Both the position numbers and the translations under genes were made by a program. Shown one piece after another: positions 62,147 through 64,000 of a stretch of DNA of 64,000 nt. Location of the stretch: assembly GCF_021604585.1 (NCBI RefSeq), contig NZ_BQJG01000003.1. The stretch is one strand, 5' to 3'. Numbering within the stretch: the stretch's first letter is position 1; each line of letters starts with the position of its first letter. The DNA comes from Hyphococcus sp. (GTDB lineage: Bacteria > Pseudomonadota > Alphaproteobacteria > Caulobacterales > Parvularculaceae). The notes under the pieces are model-generated. The model made no database searches, was not told the DNA's origin, and was given only the letters and a program-made list of their open reading frames with translations.

Positions 62147-62257
62147 AGTTACGCGCCTTCGGCGAAGGATGACAGCGCTGTTGTAGCGTATTGAGTGCAA
62201 CCACAAGAACGGCTCACGCGCGAGCGCTGCGCGACCGTGAGCAGGAGAAGACACTTT

Positions 62258-63424
62258 GTGAAAGACATTTTGTCAATCGCGCGGCTGCCAGCGCGCGATC
62301 CGCAAGAACCTCACCGCGCAGCAACACAGCTTGAGCTTTTCTTTGACCTCATTTCCGTTGTCGCAATCGCCTCCGTTACGGCTGGTCTGCATCACGCCAT
62401 CAGCGAGGGTCACGGCCTCGAAAAGCTGCCTGTCTTTATCTTTCTGTTCTTCGCTATCTGGTGGGCGTGGATGAACTTCACCTGGTTCGCATCCGCGTTC
62501 GATAATGGCCGGCCCGTATTCCGAATGCTTGTGATGATTATCATGACAGGCGAGGTCATTTTTGCGGGCGGCGCAGCACATATATTTGAAACGCTCGATC
62601 TTGGCTGGGGCGTTGCGGGATGGACCCTTATGCGCCTCGCCATGGCGGCGCTTTGGCTGCGCGCCAGCGCGAATACTGATTACCGCGCTACGGCTTTGCG
62701 GTACGCTGCGGGGATCATCATCGGCCAGGCTTATTGGATCGGATTTTATTTTTTGGTCCCGGCTGAACCGGCGCTTTTCTTTGGCTTTGGCGTTTTTGGT
62801 TTTGTTCTGGAACTCGCTGTTCCGCCCATTGCGGAGCGCGCCGGGCGCACGCCGTTTCACCGTCATCACATGATTGAACGCTACGGCCTTCTCATGATCA
62901 TCATTCTTGGCGAGATCATCCTTGCGATCAGTATGGGGTTTGGGGGGCTTTACGATGAGCATGCAAATCTCGCGGCCATTCCAACAACATTATCGGGATT
63001 GATTATAGTCTTTGCGTTGTTCTGGATTTATTTCTGCGAAGATGAGCATCTTCCGTCCAGCGATTTCAAGACTGCATTTGTTTGGGGGTATGGACACATC
63101 TTTGTTTTCGCTGCGGTGGCGATTCTTGGCGCTGCAATTGCTGCGGAGCTCGATCTGTCGACGGACCACAGCCATGTGACGCAAGCGGTTATTTCGTGGT
63201 GGTTCGGGGCGCCGCTTGCGCTGTTCTTTTTGGCCTTGTGGCTGGTGCGAGACAGGCATTTTAAGCTCGACCGGCGTGCATGGTCGTTGCCGGCCGGTGT
63301 CGTTTTATCACTGGCGGCTGCGTCAGCAGGCCTTGCAAGCTGGGCGTTCGCAGCAATCGTGTTTCTCACTGTGCTGTGGCGGGCGCCCATGAGCGCATCG
63401 GCGCCGGCGCACAGGCCCGAATAA
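62258..63424 (+). CDS. Low-temperature-requirement protein A (LtrA) family membrane protein
   Basis: ATQLELFFDLISVVAIA is a typical LtrA N-terminus, and the protein is multi-TM. The GTG at 62258 follows aggaga. The ORF track extends the start to 62195. Confidence 0.75.
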   Translation: MKDILSIARLPARDPQEPHRAATQLELFFDLISVVAIASVTAGLHHAISEGHGLEKLPVFIFLFFAIWWAWMNFTWFASAFDNGRPVFRMLVMIIMTGEVIFAGGAAHIFETLDLGWGVAGWTLMRLAMAALWLRASANTDYRATALRYAAGIIIGQAYWIGFYFLVPAEPALFFGFGVFGFVLELAVPPIAERAGRTPFHRHHMIERYGLLMIIILGEIILAISMGFGGLYDEHANLAAIPTTLSGLIIVFALFWIYFCEDEHLPSSDFKTAFVWGYGHIFVFAAVAILGAAIAAELDLSTDHSHVTQAVISWWFGAPLALFFLALWLVRDRHFKLDRRAWSLPAGVVLSLAAASAGLASWAFAAIVFLTVLWRAPMSASAPAHRPE

Positions 63425-63481
63425 CGCAGCGCTAGCCTGGGCGCCCATCAAGAAACCGGTTGCGTGATGTTGGGAGAAAAA

Positions 63482-63556
63482 TGGAGCGGGCGATGAGATT
63501 CGAACTCACGACCCCAACCTTGGCAAGGTTGTGCTCTACCCCTGAGCTACGCCCGC
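63482..63556 (-). tRNA. tRNA-Gly (anticodon GCC), encoded CCA
   Basis: The reverse complement gcgggcgtagctcaggggtagagcacaaccttgccaaggttggggtcgtgagttcgaatctcatcgcccgctcca folds as a cloverleaf. The anticodon loop is TTGCCAA. Confidence 0.95.
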
Positions 63557-63713
63557 TCGGCGCCGCCGCCGCTCGCTTGAGCCGCAGCAGGGGCCGGTAT
63601 ATGCACGAGGGCCGGGTGCATTGCAAGCGGAAAGCGTCCGCAAAACCCAATGAATACAGGCTCAGCGGAAAGACGATTGAGAGCGAGAGATGGTGCTGGA
63701 TGAAGGATCAGAA

Positions 63714-64000
63714 TTGAGCAAAACCGGCGCCGGGAACACCGCCACAGTTACGGTCGACCGGACGGGGCTTTTCGCTTTTCTTGACAGGCTTGCTATCGCC
63801 CACCGGACGGTGGAGCACGAGGCTTTTTTCACCGTGGAGGAAAGCCGCGCCCTGAAATCCCAGTGGCCCGGCGGGCATTCCAAAAACCTCTTCCTGAAAG
63901 ACAAGAAAGGCGCGCTGTTTGTGGCCGTGGCCCTCGGGGAAACCCAGGTTAATCTGGTGGCCCTTGGCAAGGCGCTCGGGGCTAAGGGGCGGCTTTCCTT
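63714..64000 (+). CDS. Prolyl-tRNA synthetase-associated (YbaK/ProX) editing-domain protein, 3' end beyond window
   Basis: Hand translation gives LFAFLDRLAIAHRTVEHEAFFTVEESRALKSQWPGGHSKNLFLKDKKGALFVAVAL. The TTG start is tentative. Confidence 0.7.
   Translation, partial: MSKTGAGNTATVTVDRTGLFAFLDRLAIAHRTVEHEAFFTVEESRALKSQWPGGHSKNLFLKDKKGALFVAVALGETQVNLVALGKALGAKGRLS

Noticed and set aside
63432-63713. Genomic-island or integrase signal next to tRNA-Gly
   Set aside because: No integrase, direct repeat of the tRNA 3' end or compositional shift is visible on either side within the window. The ORFs at 63432-63650 and 63460-63717 overlap the tRNA itself and are spurious.

Overview
High-GC alphaproteobacterial chromosome segment spanning the replication origin. 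The layout mnmE, rho, hemJ-hemE, AT-rich gap, kinase/pyrophosphorylase gene, maf, aroE, coaE matches the hemE-linked Caulobacter-type oriC neighbourhood. Most of the window is core housekeeping: cydAB-type oxidase, Mo-hydroxylase pair, dnaKJ, dapB, ftsK, amt, ubiquinone hydroxylase and one tRNA-Gly. Several small accessory patches sit between these genes. The best candidate for an undescribed system is at 35.1-41.4 kb. It holds two tandem paralogs with a cytoplasmic TIR-like domain, one TM helix and a periplasmic FGE/SUMF1-like domain lacking the catalytic cysteines. These are followed on the same strand by a YfbK-type vWA lipoprotein and a small secreted Tyr/Gly/Ser-rich protein, then a strong intrinsic terminator. 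Other observations:
- an in-frame palindromic 3 x 45-bp repeat inside the mnmE G domain
- a Sec-exported 29-residue peptide with three CC doublets beside a DUF2946-like membrane protein
- a lower-GC, signal-less DNase-I-like EEP gene wedged against rho
- a PilZ-methyltransferase (PhcB-like) / sensor kinase / desaturase cluster
- an unannotated 52-aa ORF overlapping the cydB stop
- a perfect 40-bp palindromic operator in front of an ArsR-family gene
No CRISPR array, transposase, integrase or rRNA was seen. All domain calls come from reading the translations by eye and need profile searches to confirm.
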